Shown here: piece after piece, positions 25,757 through 36,932 of the stretch
Layout of the letters: each line of letters opens with the position of its first letter
Numbering within the stretch: position 1 is the stretch's first letter
IMG/VR virus record: IMGVR_UViG_3300030106_006091
Location: 9,839 to 73,838 of that record
Source of the DNA: a virus
Length of the DNA stretch: 64,000 bases
Reading direction: 5' to 3' (one strand)
Program-made: the position numbers and the translations under genes
The notes under the pieces: model-generated
What the model was told of the DNA's origin: nothing
Database searches by the model: none
Seen by the model: only the letters and a program-made list of their open reading frames with translations

Positions 25757-28700
25757 ATGGCTAATTTTATAATATACGGCACAAGGCTAGGAGATAGAAA
25801 GATGCCCACACTTCATGTTGTGGGCACTTATGCTAGTGGGGGGTTTGACCTAATTAACCTTGACCACAGCACCCAAACCGCCCCGCTCATGACCCAACAC
25901 GGCTCGGTGGAGTCAACAGGTCTCACAGGCAGTATAGGTCCTGATTTAATTACAGGTACTACAGACAAAGACAACGCGACAGAGCTGTTCACAGAAGACG
26001 GTAACTTTGAGCTGGTAGGAATCCAGATAACTAAAGTTGGTGTAATAAAAAGAAACGGAGTTCAGTCCAGTATTGTTTCAGGTACCAGTCTTTCGAACTA
26101 CGTAGAGAAGACCGAGCATAGGTATCTGCAAAATGGGCACCTCATGATGAAGGTCTACTTCAATGAGAATAACAGTAACCTTGGAGATGTAGAAGACGCC
26201 TTCTTCGTATCTGGGTGCGCTTTGCTGCAGGCAGGGTCCCAAGCTTTTCTAACAGACGGACCAAAGAAAAGAAAAGTACCGTTTGCTCTTACACTACCAT
26301 TCCGGCCTAAAGGCGAGAACGTAGCACCATCACAAAACCCAACCATAAACCTAAACCAGTTTATATATGGGTCAGGGAACGACAACAACTTCGGCACAGA
26401 GGTTAATGTGCAGAACATGGGTCTGCCCGACACAGATGCAACAGGTTCTATAACTTGGAATACTGTTAGAACTCAAGCCTGGAACTTTGGGCAGTTTGAA
26501 TCAGGCACTCTATCTAACAATGTTGGAAGCTTGCCTTTAGATCCAAGATTCTATCCCCACTTCGGTGATGCAATGATAACTGGGGGCAGTAAAATAGAAA
26601 TTAAAAACAGGAGGATTGACACAGCCAGAAGTCTTGGGGATCTGTATACAGAGGGATCTTCACAAAAGAACCCGACTCCTGATGATGGATTAGACAACTT
26701 CGTATACATTGGTGACGTAAACCTGCACTCAGCAAGTGGAAGTTCCTTTGATCTTAGAGAGCTTCACCAGTTTGGGAGTCAGGCAATAGAAACAGCGGGG
26801 TCATTCAAAGAGACCTGGGGAAGGTTTAGGGGTTCTTGGGTAAACGGACCTGATGAAACTGGATCAGGCGATAGATATACTCGAGACGGGAGTTTCGGTG
26901 GCTTTCCTCAAGTGGGATCTGGAGAGGCGTGTAACGAAGCAAGGATGTTCGTCACCCACAGTGAGGGTATAGGATTCCCACACCTAGGACCAGGAAGCTT
27001 CAACCCTGGGGGTAAAGCCCACTTTTACTCTGATGGTAAATGCAGAAACCCTTACTACCCACAAAGAAACACGGCATTTAGTCACTATATAACCTTCTAC
27101 AAAATAGCTGGGCACGGCACTAGTGTTCCAGAAGGGGCATACCTGCCGGACACTATCACTAACCTGCCTCTAAGCGACGCAGGCCAGTACCCATTTTACG
27201 TAGCAGAAAGCTTCAGAAAAAGTGTGCGCAGCACACAAGGCATTCAGGATGCAGATGCGGAGCAAATTGCAGCTATGGTTCCTGACGGCACAGATTGGTG
27301 GCAATCGCCACAGTCCGCAAGCTCTCCAGTAAGAGCAGTTTTGAGGGGGGCAATGAGCTGGCAGGACTACATATCCAACGCTTTTAAATGCACAGCTAAC
27401 CCGGCAAACGATACCGCACTTCAGGTTATAGGGTCCTTAACATCTGCGGCTTCAGATGGGAGTATGCTCGTTGATAAATATGACATACTATTCTCTGGGT
27501 GCGTACCTACACACAATAACGCCAACGCGGCGTACTCGTCAGCTTTGAATCAAGGTTTAGGAATAACACAAGAAGCTGACCTTCTGGATGCGTTTGGGGT
27601 CACCATAGCGGGAGGCGACGCGGATGCCATAGATGAAAGCACCAAGATATACTTGTACACAGTATTCATGTACTCGGATCACCCTCAGCCTAGGATATAT
27701 CCAGACGTTCAAGATCCTCCAGGTTATGACCTGTCTAACACAGACGTGTTTACTGGGATTAACGCATTCACGCATAGTAACATTACAGGTACTTATGATG
27801 TTGAGCACGTACAGCAGATGGTAAACCCAGACGGGATCGTATCAGCTTCTAATCTAATTGTCAACTGGGCTTCAGATAAGATTACTTTCAACTGTGCAGA
27901 CAGAAACTCATCTGACTCAAATGTTACCACTTTCGTCCAGAACTCAGACATCGCACTGTTTGCAAACAACAATGGCTGTGACATAGATTCGTATACGAGA
28001 TGTGGGTGTCAAAGCGCTGTAGAAGAGTTTGCTCTAGGAGAGCTCATAAACTTTACTTCGTTTGAAGGTGACCAAAATAGATTCGAGACTATCATAACGT
28101 ACCCTAGACCGGTTACTACTAATCAGCTCGACACGATATCAGCACCAAGTGCGTTCCCTTCTATTCTGTACATCAACTCTTACTTTGCTCCGATAGACAC
28201 TAGCACTGCGATAGATTCAACATTTGCTTCTGACTATCTAGAGAACAGCACCCCAACTAACGTTACATTTGACACAGCAGGTGGAGCTACACATACACAT
28301 AGTTTTTCTGACCTAGGAATATCTAATTACGGGGCACTGCCATACATAACTGAGTTTAACGACAACTCAACAGATACAAATACGTTCACGTACTTGTACA
28401 TGCCGGGCAGAGAGCAATTTGAGATAGAAGAGGAGAACGCATACTTTGTGCATGATGATTCTGGGGAGGCTCAAATATTCATGACTGTTCAAGGAGCGGG
28501 GTCAGACGAAAATGGTCCGAGTAATGATATACCTCACAGACAGATGCTTTTGTTCCAAGCACCAAGTCTTGATGTAGCAGGAACAAGCTTTAAGAGAGCA
28601 CACTCGGATTTGTCATTCAGCCAAAACTGGGAAACCCAACCAGTAGAAGCGAGCTATCTCTCATTGGGCACAAACAGTGATTGTGATACAAATGATGACG

Positions 28701-31700
28701 ACACCCCCAAAAGACGGATACGTAAGTTTGTAAATGTCACTGGTCCTAGCCGAGACTCGGGCGCTGAAGATGATGGAGATACAGGAGATGGTGGTCAACA
28801 TGATGATGACAAATTGGGCTGTACAGACGAGACCGCAATCAACTTCGATCCCACGGCAACCACCGACGATGGCAGCTGTGTATTCTGTGATACAGTAGCA
28901 GGAGAGGGCGAGGCAGCATTGCTGCAAAATGTTGACCCATTCTTCTACATACCGTTTGCTTATTATGACTCAATAGTTGCTTCTCTTCAAGGCAGACTCC
29001 AAGGAACTCTTGACAGAACAACCGGCGCCTCTACAGGTGTGAGCTATGGTTCAGCATACGAAGTACCGTTTCCTAGTGGACAAGCAGGATCATTGACCTA
29101 TGACTGGTGGGCAGGAAATGCATTCAATGCGTTCAATACTAGAGGCCCCAATGCAGATCAGACTCTGGGTGCGCTAAATACACCAAGTACGCTACCCACT
29201 GACTACACTGCTTCTCCATTTAACAACACTGCTAATTCTGCGTTTACATACTTCAGAGCCAAGTCTAGCGACACTCTGAGCGCAGCTTCAATAGCGCAGT
29301 ATGGAACACAGTGGCAGTTCGGGGAAGACCTGACTGCTAACACAGCATTCATGGAAGGTGTTGAGAGTTTAATCGAACAGATTGCAACTGAGAATAGCAG
29401 CAACCTCCAAATTAGAATATACAGATATTCTGACTGGGAGACATACGTAGCTACAGGAGACAGCGCCACCATACCTAATGAAGACCAAGGTAACAATGGA
29501 TGGTACCTAGACGATTACGGAAATGGCACATTCCCAATAGGAGCTCAGCCTAACGTGTACGTAGATAACGCTGGTGATTACTCAGCACTTAACCTGAACA
29601 GTGTTACCCCAATAGCTACAAGGAGCAACGAGAATAATGATGCTAGCTGGAACTTTAAATTTGATTTTAGGAACTACGACTCTCTCAGCACAACTGTTCC
29701 TACTGACATAGGATTAGAAGCCGGAGAGCAATACGTGGTGGTGTGGAGGTTGTTCCCAAAGAACAGCTGCACCAACGATAGAAAATTCTACTACTGGGCA
29801 TCTAACTTCTTCGTTAAATACTGCGAGTGTACTAACCCTGACTCTGAGAATGTTGGGGCAGGTAATCCCAACAACGCTACTCCAGCACCTGTTGTCCCGT
29901 ACACTCAATACCCTTGGAGTGGTGAGTCGCTGTTCCCAGGAGCTAACAATCCTCACGATGAAACTAGTTCAGGGTTGGGCATACCTGGAGCCATATGGCC
30001 TGGAAATTACTGCAGCATCAGTAACTCAGAAGTTGGCCTTAACAATACAAGACTGTGTGCGGACAGACAACCCGACGCTTCAACAGACTGTGATGGTTTT
30101 GCTTCTTGGTGTTTGTCAAACATACGCCCACTGTGTCAATATACAGAGGATGGGGTACCGTTTGGTACAGTATCCTTTGAGGTGCTAATAGACGGATTCT
30201 TTACACAGAGTGAACTTGATACATGGTCATTGGAACCCTTCGCCCCACCGTACCAGAACGCGAATACCACTGTAGACTTCTACTGGCAGATAACAGTATC
30301 GTTTAACGGTAGTGTGGATACAATAGTTCCATCTCACGTATATAATGCATCAACTAACACTTGGTCTCTCAATCCTACTGTCAGTGTTACACAACTTGCT
30401 GATCCAGGTGACAGCTCGTTCTACGGGCAAATAGCATCCATCTCATTTAATGATATGGAATGGGATGACTCTGATATCAATGCTATTGGGATGCAACTTC
30501 AGATGAATGTAGAACTGGAGTACCTAGGAATGGTGGATACTGCTGCTGGTCAGGGGAATGGGGGTACGCCTATATATGGCTATCCTGACTATGTTGTAGG
30601 AGCAGACGGTGTAACTTCTGTTGAGGCATGTCCTACCTACAGCATACCGTACACAGCAGACTTTGAAGATTGCGTAGAACTGGTCTCGGGGTGCACTGAT
30701 CCATTGGCAACCAACTTCAATGAACTAGCTTCAGTTGATGATGGATCTTGTGAGTTTACCGACTGCACTGAACTTTACGACGCGTTCCGCAACTCCATAT
30801 TCATTACGAACGTGGTCACCACGAACGACAACCTTGTGTGCGAATCCGTAGATGTAGAAGGTGTGACTGTAAATCAATACACACCGCAGTACCAAGGCAC
30901 AATGACAATAACTGTGCAAGACTTTTCTCTAGGTGTACTGGGAGTAGGAGGCACAGCATCAAATTTCGTAATAGGAGTAGTGCGTATGCAGAGCGGAACA
31001 GTTAACAGCTTGCAACCATTCCTTGACGCATACGACAACAATGCTGCAACAATACAAGCCCTGGAACCAGGGGCAGCATTTACAGTTCCTGGGACCGGCA
31101 ACAACGCATGTTTCGTGATGCCCACAGACGTTACTACTTCCGTAACCTCTGTAGCAGGTCAAGTAGATCCTGTAGGTACGCAAGGCCTACAAACAGTAAC
31201 AACGGTACCAGAGTTTGCAATATTCAACACGCTGGTGGGTGACCAACAGGCAGGAGGATTGCCTGCTGGTCAGTACCTGATATTTGTGATACCTCACATT
31301 AACCTGGACTTGTACGAAGATGACGAATCCGGTATTGGTGAGTGCACTAGTCTGTTCTTGTCCTTCACTGACGAGATGACATTTGCAGGCATTGACAATA
31401 CACTCGTAGATGTAAGTTGTCCTGAACCCTGCAATCAGTTTACTAACCCGGCGGATTGCCCTGACGCAATTCCAGGATGCACAGATCCTACAGCACAGAA
31501 CTACAATGAAAGCGCTACATTCGATGACGGCTCATGCGAGTTCTGTGTAGACTGTGACCCATGTGACCTATACCCACTTGACCCAGAGTGCATAGAATGT
31601 GATAAAGGAGAAGAAACAGATATACTCTCTAGAGGTGCATTGGGTCTGGGAGCAAGGATAAGAGAATGTGACGGTGAAACGGACGAATGCTGTCCTGATC

Positions 31701-32707
31701 CAAATGCATGTAACTATTCATCAAACTGTGAGGCAGGCAACTTTGATACCTGTGAATACGATTGTACAGACGGGGGAGAAGACTGCGATGAGACTCAAGG
31801 AGACTGTGATCCAGAACCACCATGCCCAGACCCAGCTAATCCAGTTTGTGATGGAGAACCTACGGGTAGCTGTGTGGACGACGGTGACTGCCCATGTGTA
31901 GATGACCTATGTAACCAGGACTGCATCTTTGAAGGCAACTGTGAAGAAGATACTGACACTGACGATGACGGTCCTATTGACACGTTCAACACTACCACGG
32001 TTATCTGCGTCCCTGATGTAAGCATACCGATCCCTAACATTACAATTGACGGCGAAGCCCCTACAGATATAGCACATGCAGCAGCGATATGCGATACAAC
32101 TAAGGGGGACAAGATGCTGATGAAAATAAAGACTGGTGTAGAGTATGACGACACTGACCTGCTCAAGCTGTCACTGATTAACTACATATTCACCAGTGCT
32201 GCAAAACAACAGCTGGACTGCATATTTGACTGTAACAACTATGAGACTAAAGCTAAGTCTGGAGGAAAAGCTAGAGGCTTTACAACCAGGCTCAGAGGAG
32301 CGGTCAACTGCAATGCCAGATGGGAGGCAGGCAAGAAACAATTCTTCGCAGGAAGCAGCACGTTCAAAAAGAATACTACCGTCAAGTACATGAGAATACA
32401 AAACGGTAAACTGGTTACCAGCTTCTTTACAGCAAAGAGAGATTGGAGACCTGGAATGGACCTGCCAAATACTACACCTAACCAGGAGCTCAGAACCTGG
32501 GAGCCCTGTGTCAATCTAAAATACCAGGAGGGCACAAACCCAGAAAACTACTGGCAAACCTTCTGGGAGTTCATTACAAGATTCTGTTCCTCATGTGAGG
32601 TAATAACAGGAAATGGAGAGACAGAAGAAACACCAATAGCTATAAAACAAACAAGAAACTTCGGCACATCATTTACAGATGAGTTCGGGAATGAAATAAC
32701 ATTCTAA
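25757..32707 (+). CDS. Giant acidic Cys-rich putative virion surface/appendage protein (2316 aa)
   Basis: Three GCTD..A.N....A..DDGSC repeats and a Cys/Asp/Pro-rich region; located among structural genes. Confidence 0.8.
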   Translation: MANFIIYGTRLGDRKMPTLHVVGTYASGGFDLINLDHSTQTAPLMTQHGSVESTGLTGSIGPDLITGTTDKDNATELFTEDGNFELVGIQITKVGVIKRNGVQSSIVSGTSLSNYVEKTEHRYLQNGHLMMKVYFNENNSNLGDVEDAFFVSGCALLQAGSQAFLTDGPKKRKVPFALTLPFRPKGENVAPSQNPTINLNQFIYGSGNDNNFGTEVNVQNMGLPDTDATGSITWNTVRTQAWNFGQFESGTLSNNVGSLPLDPRFYPHFGDAMITGGSKIEIKNRRIDTARSLGDLYTEGSSQKNPTPDDGLDNFVYIGDVNLHSASGSSFDLRELHQFGSQAIETAGSFKETWGRFRGSWVNGPDETGSGDRYTRDGSFGGFPQVGSGEACNEARMFVTHSEGIGFPHLGPGSFNPGGKAHFYSDGKCRNPYYPQRNTAFSHYITFYKIAGHGTSVPEGAYLPDTITNLPLSDAGQYPFYVAESFRKSVRSTQGIQDADAEQIAAMVPDGTDWWQSPQSASSPVRAVLRGAMSWQDYISNAFKCTANPANDTALQVIGSLTSAASDGSMLVDKYDILFSGCVPTHNNANAAYSSALNQGLGITQEADLLDAFGVTIAGGDADAIDESTKIYLYTVFMYSDHPQPRIYPDVQDPPGYDLSNTDVFTGINAFTHSNITGTYDVEHVQQMVNPDGIVSASNLIVNWASDKITFNCADRNSSDSNVTTFVQNSDIALFANNNGCDIDSYTRCGCQSAVEEFALGELINFTSFEGDQNRFETIITYPRPVTTNQLDTISAPSAFPSILYINSYFAPIDTSTAIDSTFASDYLENSTPTNVTFDTAGGATHTHSFSDLGISNYGALPYITEFNDNSTDTNTFTYLYMPGREQFEIEEENAYFVHDDSGEAQIFMTVQGAGSDENGPSNDIPHRQMLLFQAPSLDVAGTSFKRAHSDLSFSQNWETQPVEASYLSLGTNSDCDTNDDDTPKRRIRKFVNVTGPSRDSGAEDDGDTGDGGQHDDDKLGCTDETAINFDPTATTDDGSCVFCDTVAGEGEAALLQNVDPFFYIPFAYYDSIVASLQGRLQGTLDRTTGASTGVSYGSAYEVPFPSGQAGSLTYDWWAGNAFNAFNTRGPNADQTLGALNTPSTLPTDYTASPFNNTANSAFTYFRAKSSDTLSAASIAQYGTQWQFGEDLTANTAFMEGVESLIEQIATENSSNLQIRIYRYSDWETYVATGDSATIPNEDQGNNGWYLDDYGNGTFPIGAQPNVYVDNAGDYSALNLNSVTPIATRSNENNDASWNFKFDFRNYDSLSTTVPTDIGLEAGEQYVVVWRLFPKNSCTNDRKFYYWASNFFVKYCECTNPDSENVGAGNPNNATPAPVVPYTQYPWSGESLFPGANNPHDETSSGLGIPGAIWPGNYCSISNSEVGLNNTRLCADRQPDASTDCDGFASWCLSNIRPLCQYTEDGVPFGTVSFEVLIDGFFTQSELDTWSLEPFAPPYQNANTTVDFYWQITVSFNGSVDTIVPSHVYNASTNTWSLNPTVSVTQLADPGDSSFYGQIASISFNDMEWDDSDINAIGMQLQMNVELEYLGMVDTAAGQGNGGTPIYGYPDYVVGADGVTSVEACPTYSIPYTADFEDCVELVSGCTDPLATNFNELASVDDGSCEFTDCTELYDAFRNSIFITNVVTTNDNLVCESVDVEGVTVNQYTPQYQGTMTITVQDFSLGVLGVGGTASNFVIGVVRMQSGTVNSLQPFLDAYDNNAATIQALEPGAAFTVPGTGNNACFVMPTDVTTSVTSVAGQVDPVGTQGLQTVTTVPEFAIFNTLVGDQQAGGLPAGQYLIFVIPHINLDLYEDDESGIGECTSLFLSFTDEMTFAGIDNTLVDVSCPEPCNQFTNPADCPDAIPGCTDPTAQNYNESATFDDGSCEFCVDCDPCDLYPLDPECIECDKGEETDILSRGALGLGARIRECDGETDECCPDPNACNYSSNCEAGNFDTCEYDCTDGGEDCDETQGDCDPEPPCPDPANPVCDGEPTGSCVDDGDCPCVDDLCNQDCIFEGNCEEDTDTDDDGPIDTFNTTTVICVPDVSIPIPNITIDGEAPTDIAHAAAICDTTKGDKMLMKIKTGVEYDDTDLLKLSLINYIFTSAAKQQLDCIFDCNNYETKAKSGGKARGFTTRLRGAVNCNARWEAGKKQFFAGSSTFKKNTTVKYMRIQNGKLVTSFFTAKRDWRPGMDLPNTTPNQELRTWEPCVNLKYQEGTNPENYWQTFWEFITRFCSSCEVITGNGETEETPIAIKQTRNFGTSFTDEFGNEITF

Positions 32708-32708
32708 A

Positions 32709-34259
32709 ATGGGAAAAAAAGTAACACAACTTCCAACTAGGTCGAAGAGAAACACTACAGTCAATGATGTGTTGCTCCTCGCAAATAAAGACACGGGTCA
32801 GAACTTTCAGATACCTATCACCGAGGTATTCCCAAAACTGAACAACGGAGGCTTGGCAGGTGCCAGCAGTAACACAGTTACCTGGCAAGATACTACAACA
32901 GCACAGCTCTTTGTTGGAGGGGGTGCTGCTGATACAACTACCGGTGTAGACAACAACACTCTGATATTTAGAGGTCTGAGACTTGCCGTCGCAGGAGAAG
33001 CTAAAAGTCCTTCAGTGATTAATCACGATAAAACGAACTGCCCTATGCAGTTGTTTACAGAATCTCAGAGCGGGTCGACAACTAAGGGGAACATAGTTCT
33101 TGGGTGGGATGCCTCTAACTATGAATTGAGCAACTTCTCCAATACCAGCACAGGATTCCTGACTACGGTCAGACTTGACTCAGATACTACAGGTGCACTT
33201 CCCGTAACAAAAGGCGGAACAGCTCTGACTAGCATAGCTCAAGGATCTGTGATGGTTGCTACCGCAGCCAACACAATAGGCGTTGCTACACCCAGTGGTG
33301 ACGGTAAGGTGCTAATCTCAAACTCTAGTACCGGGTATCCTGCATGGGCCACACTGACTGAAGGCACTAACATAACAATCAATGAGTCTGCTGGGGGGAT
33401 TACCATCAACTCAAGCATAGGAACAATATCCAGCACATTGGATACGTCCAACAACGGAATCGATATAGGAACAGGTTGGTTGAGCGGTGATGGTACAAAC
33501 GAAGGTATCAACATCAACAGCTCCGGTAAAGTATTCGTAGGGGGATCGACACCCAACTCTTACTTTACAAGCGATCTAAATGTCAAGTCCACTGTTAGCC
33601 TTGGCTCCAGCACTGGTAACGAGGCAACAAGCATCACAGCAAAGGCCTGTACTTCGGGCAGTTCCCCGAATCTATCATTGATAGGATCTAGTGCTTCCGG
33701 TACAGGAAACAAAGGTGGAGACATTCTTGTGTTGCCTGGCAATGGAGACACAAATGGTAACGGAGGTATTCTCTACCTAAACGGTGGAGTTAAGGCTGGT
33801 AGCGGTACTGACGGATCTATAAAGCTTAGAACCGGATCTACTGACGCAGTAACTATAGATGAGAATCAGGACTTAACTGTTGACGCAGGTAGCTTGATTG
33901 TAACTTCAGCTACTGAAGGTATCGTACACACAGGCAGCGGCACTGTAACTCAGGCAACTGATCATACTACAGGTGTAACTATCAATGCTACGTCTGGTGT
34001 GATCACACTAGCGGCTGTAGCACTGAACGCAGCAACCAATGCAGAGTTCACTGTAACCAACAGCACAGTGCAGACAGATTCAGTTATCATACTGACGGTA
34101 CAGGACGAGAACACTACGAACAACGCACAGCTTACAGCATGCACACATACCATTGCAAATGGTAGCTTCAAGATCTCAGTGTTCAACCCTGCAGCTACTG
34201 GAGCAACCTCCACGACTGCAAGCAAGATACACTTCCTGATTATAAACAATTCTGTGTAA
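32709..34259 (+). CDS. Tail fibre-like protein
   Basis: G/S/T/N-rich; LPVTKGGT, LTEGTNITI and glycine-rich beta-repeat segments. Confidence 0.75.
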   Translation: MGKKVTQLPTRSKRNTTVNDVLLLANKDTGQNFQIPITEVFPKLNNGGLAGASSNTVTWQDTTTAQLFVGGGAADTTTGVDNNTLIFRGLRLAVAGEAKSPSVINHDKTNCPMQLFTESQSGSTTKGNIVLGWDASNYELSNFSNTSTGFLTTVRLDSDTTGALPVTKGGTALTSIAQGSVMVATAANTIGVATPSGDGKVLISNSSTGYPAWATLTEGTNITINESAGGITINSSIGTISSTLDTSNNGIDIGTGWLSGDGTNEGININSSGKVFVGGSTPNSYFTSDLNVKSTVSLGSSTGNEATSITAKACTSGSSPNLSLIGSSASGTGNKGGDILVLPGNGDTNGNGGILYLNGGVKAGSGTDGSIKLRTGSTDAVTIDENQDLTVDAGSLIVTSATEGIVHTGSGTVTQATDHTTGVTINATSGVITLAAVALNAATNAEFTVTNSTVQTDSVIILTVQDENTTNNAQLTACTHTIANGSFKISVFNPAATGATSTTASKIHFLIINNSV

Positions 34260-34289
34260 CTTTACATATAAACATACAATCCAAACATT

Positions 34290-34706
34290 ATGGTCAATTT
34301 CAAAGGCACTAACCGCCAACTCCTCAACCTCTACAGAGGCCTCGAAAACGTCAAGGAAATCAAAGGCTCACGCTTTGCTGTCCTTGTGGGTAAGAACATG
34401 AAAGATATAAAGCAGATACTGCAGCCTATCGAAGAAGCTGCTGTGCCCTCTGCTTCATTCCAAACAGTGTCCATCCAAATGAGAGACCTCATGGAAGCGG
34501 AAGACCAGGAAGCGATGGAGCAATTGGAAAAGGAACACAAGGATCTTATCGATGAGCGCAAGCAGCAAATGGCTAGCGTAGAGACGATGCTTGAAAATGA
34601 CATAGAGCTCAAGCTCCATGCCATACGCGAAGACCAGCTCCCAGATGAAATCACAGGGGAGCAGGTAGAGAAAATTCTAGAAATTATAACTGATGGCAAC
34701 GATTAA
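34290..34706 (+). CDS. Hypothetical helical protein; possible fibre assembly chaperone
   Basis: Follows the fibre gene; function is inference. Confidence 0.65.
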   Translation: MVNFKGTNRQLLNLYRGLENVKEIKGSRFAVLVGKNMKDIKQILQPIEEAAVPSASFQTVSIQMRDLMEAEDQEAMEQLEKEHKDLIDERKQQMASVETMLENDIELKLHAIREDQLPDEITGEQVEKILEIITDGND

Positions 34707-35082
34707 CACAAGACTGATTCTACAGTCTAAAAACCTTTTTTCCAACTCGCTCAACCAGAGGGTTGACAAGGCTTTTCCTATTACGGCGGAAGTACTCAAG
34801 AGAGTAAAGTCCATCACAACGACATCGAGCGGTTCAGCCACGACTCTGCTCACTGTCAGTGAGTACGGAGTAGACAAAGATGTCTTTCTCTTTATACGTA
34901 ACCGGGCAACAGCAAAGGCTAAGTACCTCTATATAATCATAGGCTCTCAGCAGATTATGAGGTTGGCGCCCGGCCAATACTCTATACTCCCATGGAGAAC
35001 AGAGAGTGGGGATGACCTCAAAATATACGGCAATGACTCCAACGGTATTAACGTGGAGTACCTCGTAGGAACTATGACGTAA
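34693..35082 (+). CDS. Small beta-rich protein, paralogue of 39417-39809
   Basis: FLFIRN...LAPGQYSILP...VEY pattern. Confidence 0.65.
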   Translation: MATINTRLILQSKNLFSNSLNQRVDKAFPITAEVLKRVKSITTTSSGSATTLLTVSEYGVDKDVFLFIRNRATAKAKYLYIIIGSQQIMRLAPGQYSILPWRTESGDDLKIYGNDSNGINVEYLVGTMT

Positions 35083-35525
35083 TGGGAAAGAAGAAGATAA
35101 AAGATACCGGCCTTGGCAAATGGTTGGCGGAAAAGGCACCTAGCGTACTTGGTACAGTAGGTGACCTTCTCCCTGACCAAGGGGCTCTTGGTGTCGTAAA
35201 GAATCTCTTGGACAAAGAACCAGGGATTGACCCAGCTGAGGCGAAAGCCAAGATAGATGCTGAGATAGCATTCCAGAATAACGTCACTGAGCGTTGGAAA
35301 GCGGATATGGGAAGTGACGTAAAGCTGGCTAAGCTGATACGTCCAGTCACATTGATAGCCTTGATGGGCATGTTCATGATCACTATGATCTTTGACAGCC
35401 TTGACAACTGGCCATTCAATGTAAAGGACAGCTACATAGATCTGTTGCAAGTCCTGATGTTGACTGCATTTGGTGCATACTTCGCAGGTCGTACCATAGA
35501 AAAGAGTCGCAAACCTAACACATGA
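35082..35525 (+). CDS. Putative holin (GTA 3TM-holin-like)
   Basis: RWKADM.SD..LAKLIRP, two hydrophobic helices, AYFAGRTIEK. Confidence 0.75.
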   Translation: MGKKKIKDTGLGKWLAEKAPSVLGTVGDLLPDQGALGVVKNLLDKEPGIDPAEAKAKIDAEIAFQNNVTERWKADMGSDVKLAKLIRPVTLIALMGMFMITMIFDSLDNWPFNVKDSYIDLLQVLMLTAFGAYFAGRTIEKSRKPNT

Positions 35526-36652
35526 CGATAAACGAAATCAAAGACTTCATCGCCGAGAGGCGGGGATATTTAAAGAAGAGCGCTGACGTACTATCCGAGA
35601 GACTTAATTGCCCGATCGAAGATTGTGAGACAGCGTTGTACGAAGCCAGAAAGCTGGCTCGTGAAGAAAACACTAACGACAATGACAGCGTCATTAGTGA
35701 GTTCGAACAGTTCCTTGACAAGAATGGCATCAGCCAGTCCGACGTAGCTAGTGTAAAGTTCTGGCAAACTGTGTCAGGACAACAACGATTCTCAGTTGTT
35801 ACAAAGGGTGAGTCCATGAGCGTGGACTCCATCAAGAAAGAAATAGAAGGGTTTGCTGAACAGTACAGCCCGGATGTTGACTTGATAGAACGCAAGCCTC
35901 TTAGCCGGCCCATAGCATACGAGATATCATTGCCTGACATACACTACGGCAAGCTCCATGATTTGAGCCTAGAGAAGGTAGAACAACAATACATGACTGT
36001 CGTACAGGAACTCGTCAACAAAGCAGCGGGGCTTGAGATAGAAAGGTTCATACTACCAGTCGGTAACGACGGCATGAACTCTGAAGGTATGAGACGTACA
36101 ACCACCAAAGGCACACCACAAGAGGAGAGTGCTGGATGGAAGGACACGTTTAGAGGATACTGGCGATTGATGACTAGAGCGGTCAACTACCTTAAGGAGA
36201 AGGCCCCTGTAGACATCATTGTCGTATCAGGCAACCATGACTACGAGCGCATGTTCTATGCAGGGGATGTGCTCGCAGGCTGGTACAGGAATGATGCCAA
36301 TGTCACTGTGGATAACGATTACAATTCTCGCAAGTACTACGAGTACGGCAAGAACATGATCATGTTTACCCACGGTGATAAAGAGAAGCCTGCAGACATG
36401 CCACTCATAATGGCAACTGAGAAACCAGAGATGTTTGCGCGTACGTCACACCGTGAGGTACACTGCGGGCATCTTCACAAAGAAATGGTCAATGAGTACA
36501 GGGGTATCAAAGTACGGTTCGTTCCTTCTATTTGTCCTAACGATGAATGGCACAAGCAGATGGGGTACGAAGCTAAACGAACAGGGCAAGCATATATATG
36601 GAATAAGTCCACAGGACTTGAGGGCTATCTACAATCAAATGTTAGAGTATAG
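35522..36652 (+). CDS. Calcineurin-like metallophosphoesterase
   Basis: DIHYG, GND, GNHD, THGD and GHLH motifs. Confidence 0.88.
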   Translation: MTINEIKDFIAERRGYLKKSADVLSERLNCPIEDCETALYEARKLAREENTNDNDSVISEFEQFLDKNGISQSDVASVKFWQTVSGQQRFSVVTKGESMSVDSIKKEIEGFAEQYSPDVDLIERKPLSRPIAYEISLPDIHYGKLHDLSLEKVEQQYMTVVQELVNKAAGLEIERFILPVGNDGMNSEGMRRTTTKGTPQEESAGWKDTFRGYWRLMTRAVNYLKEKAPVDIIVVSGNHDYERMFYAGDVLAGWYRNDANVTVDNDYNSRKYYEYGKNMIMFTHGDKEKPADMPLIMATEKPEMFARTSHREVHCGHLHKEMVNEYRGIKVRFVPSICPNDEWHKQMGYEAKRTGQAYIWNKSTGLEGYLQSNVRV

Positions 36653-36932
36653 TGACGACATAGAAGACGACGATCCAACTGCCTCCATAGAAGAGGAGGT
36701 AGAGATTCTAGATGAAGCTTACCGCAATGCGTACAAAATTGCAGTAGGAGATATGACCGTGCGTGAGCTTTTGAACAAGGCTGACGACATGATCTTCTTG
36801 CCGTTTGATCCCTCAGCCCCGGAGACATTTGCAATGATCGTAGACGACATCATACAGTACTTTGAAGACAACGAAGAATATGAAAAGTGTGCCAAGCTGG
36901 TAGACGCTAAAAAGAAGTTCGATGACTCTTGA
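36639..36932 (+). CDS. Small acidic protein (97 aa) with UVR-like C-terminal hairpin
   Basis: ATG at 36639 overlaps the upstream stop region; YFEDNEEYEKCAKL. Confidence 0.6.
   Translation: MLEYSDDIEDDDPTASIEEEVEILDEAYRNAYKIAVGDMTVRELLNKADDMIFLPFDPSAPETFAMIVDDIIQYFEDNEEYEKCAKLVDAKKKFDDS

Noticed and set aside
36435-36638. Long 5' extension of the 36435-36932 ORF
   Set aside because: It overlaps conserved motifs of the phosphoesterase; the ATG at 36639 gives a normally coupled gene.
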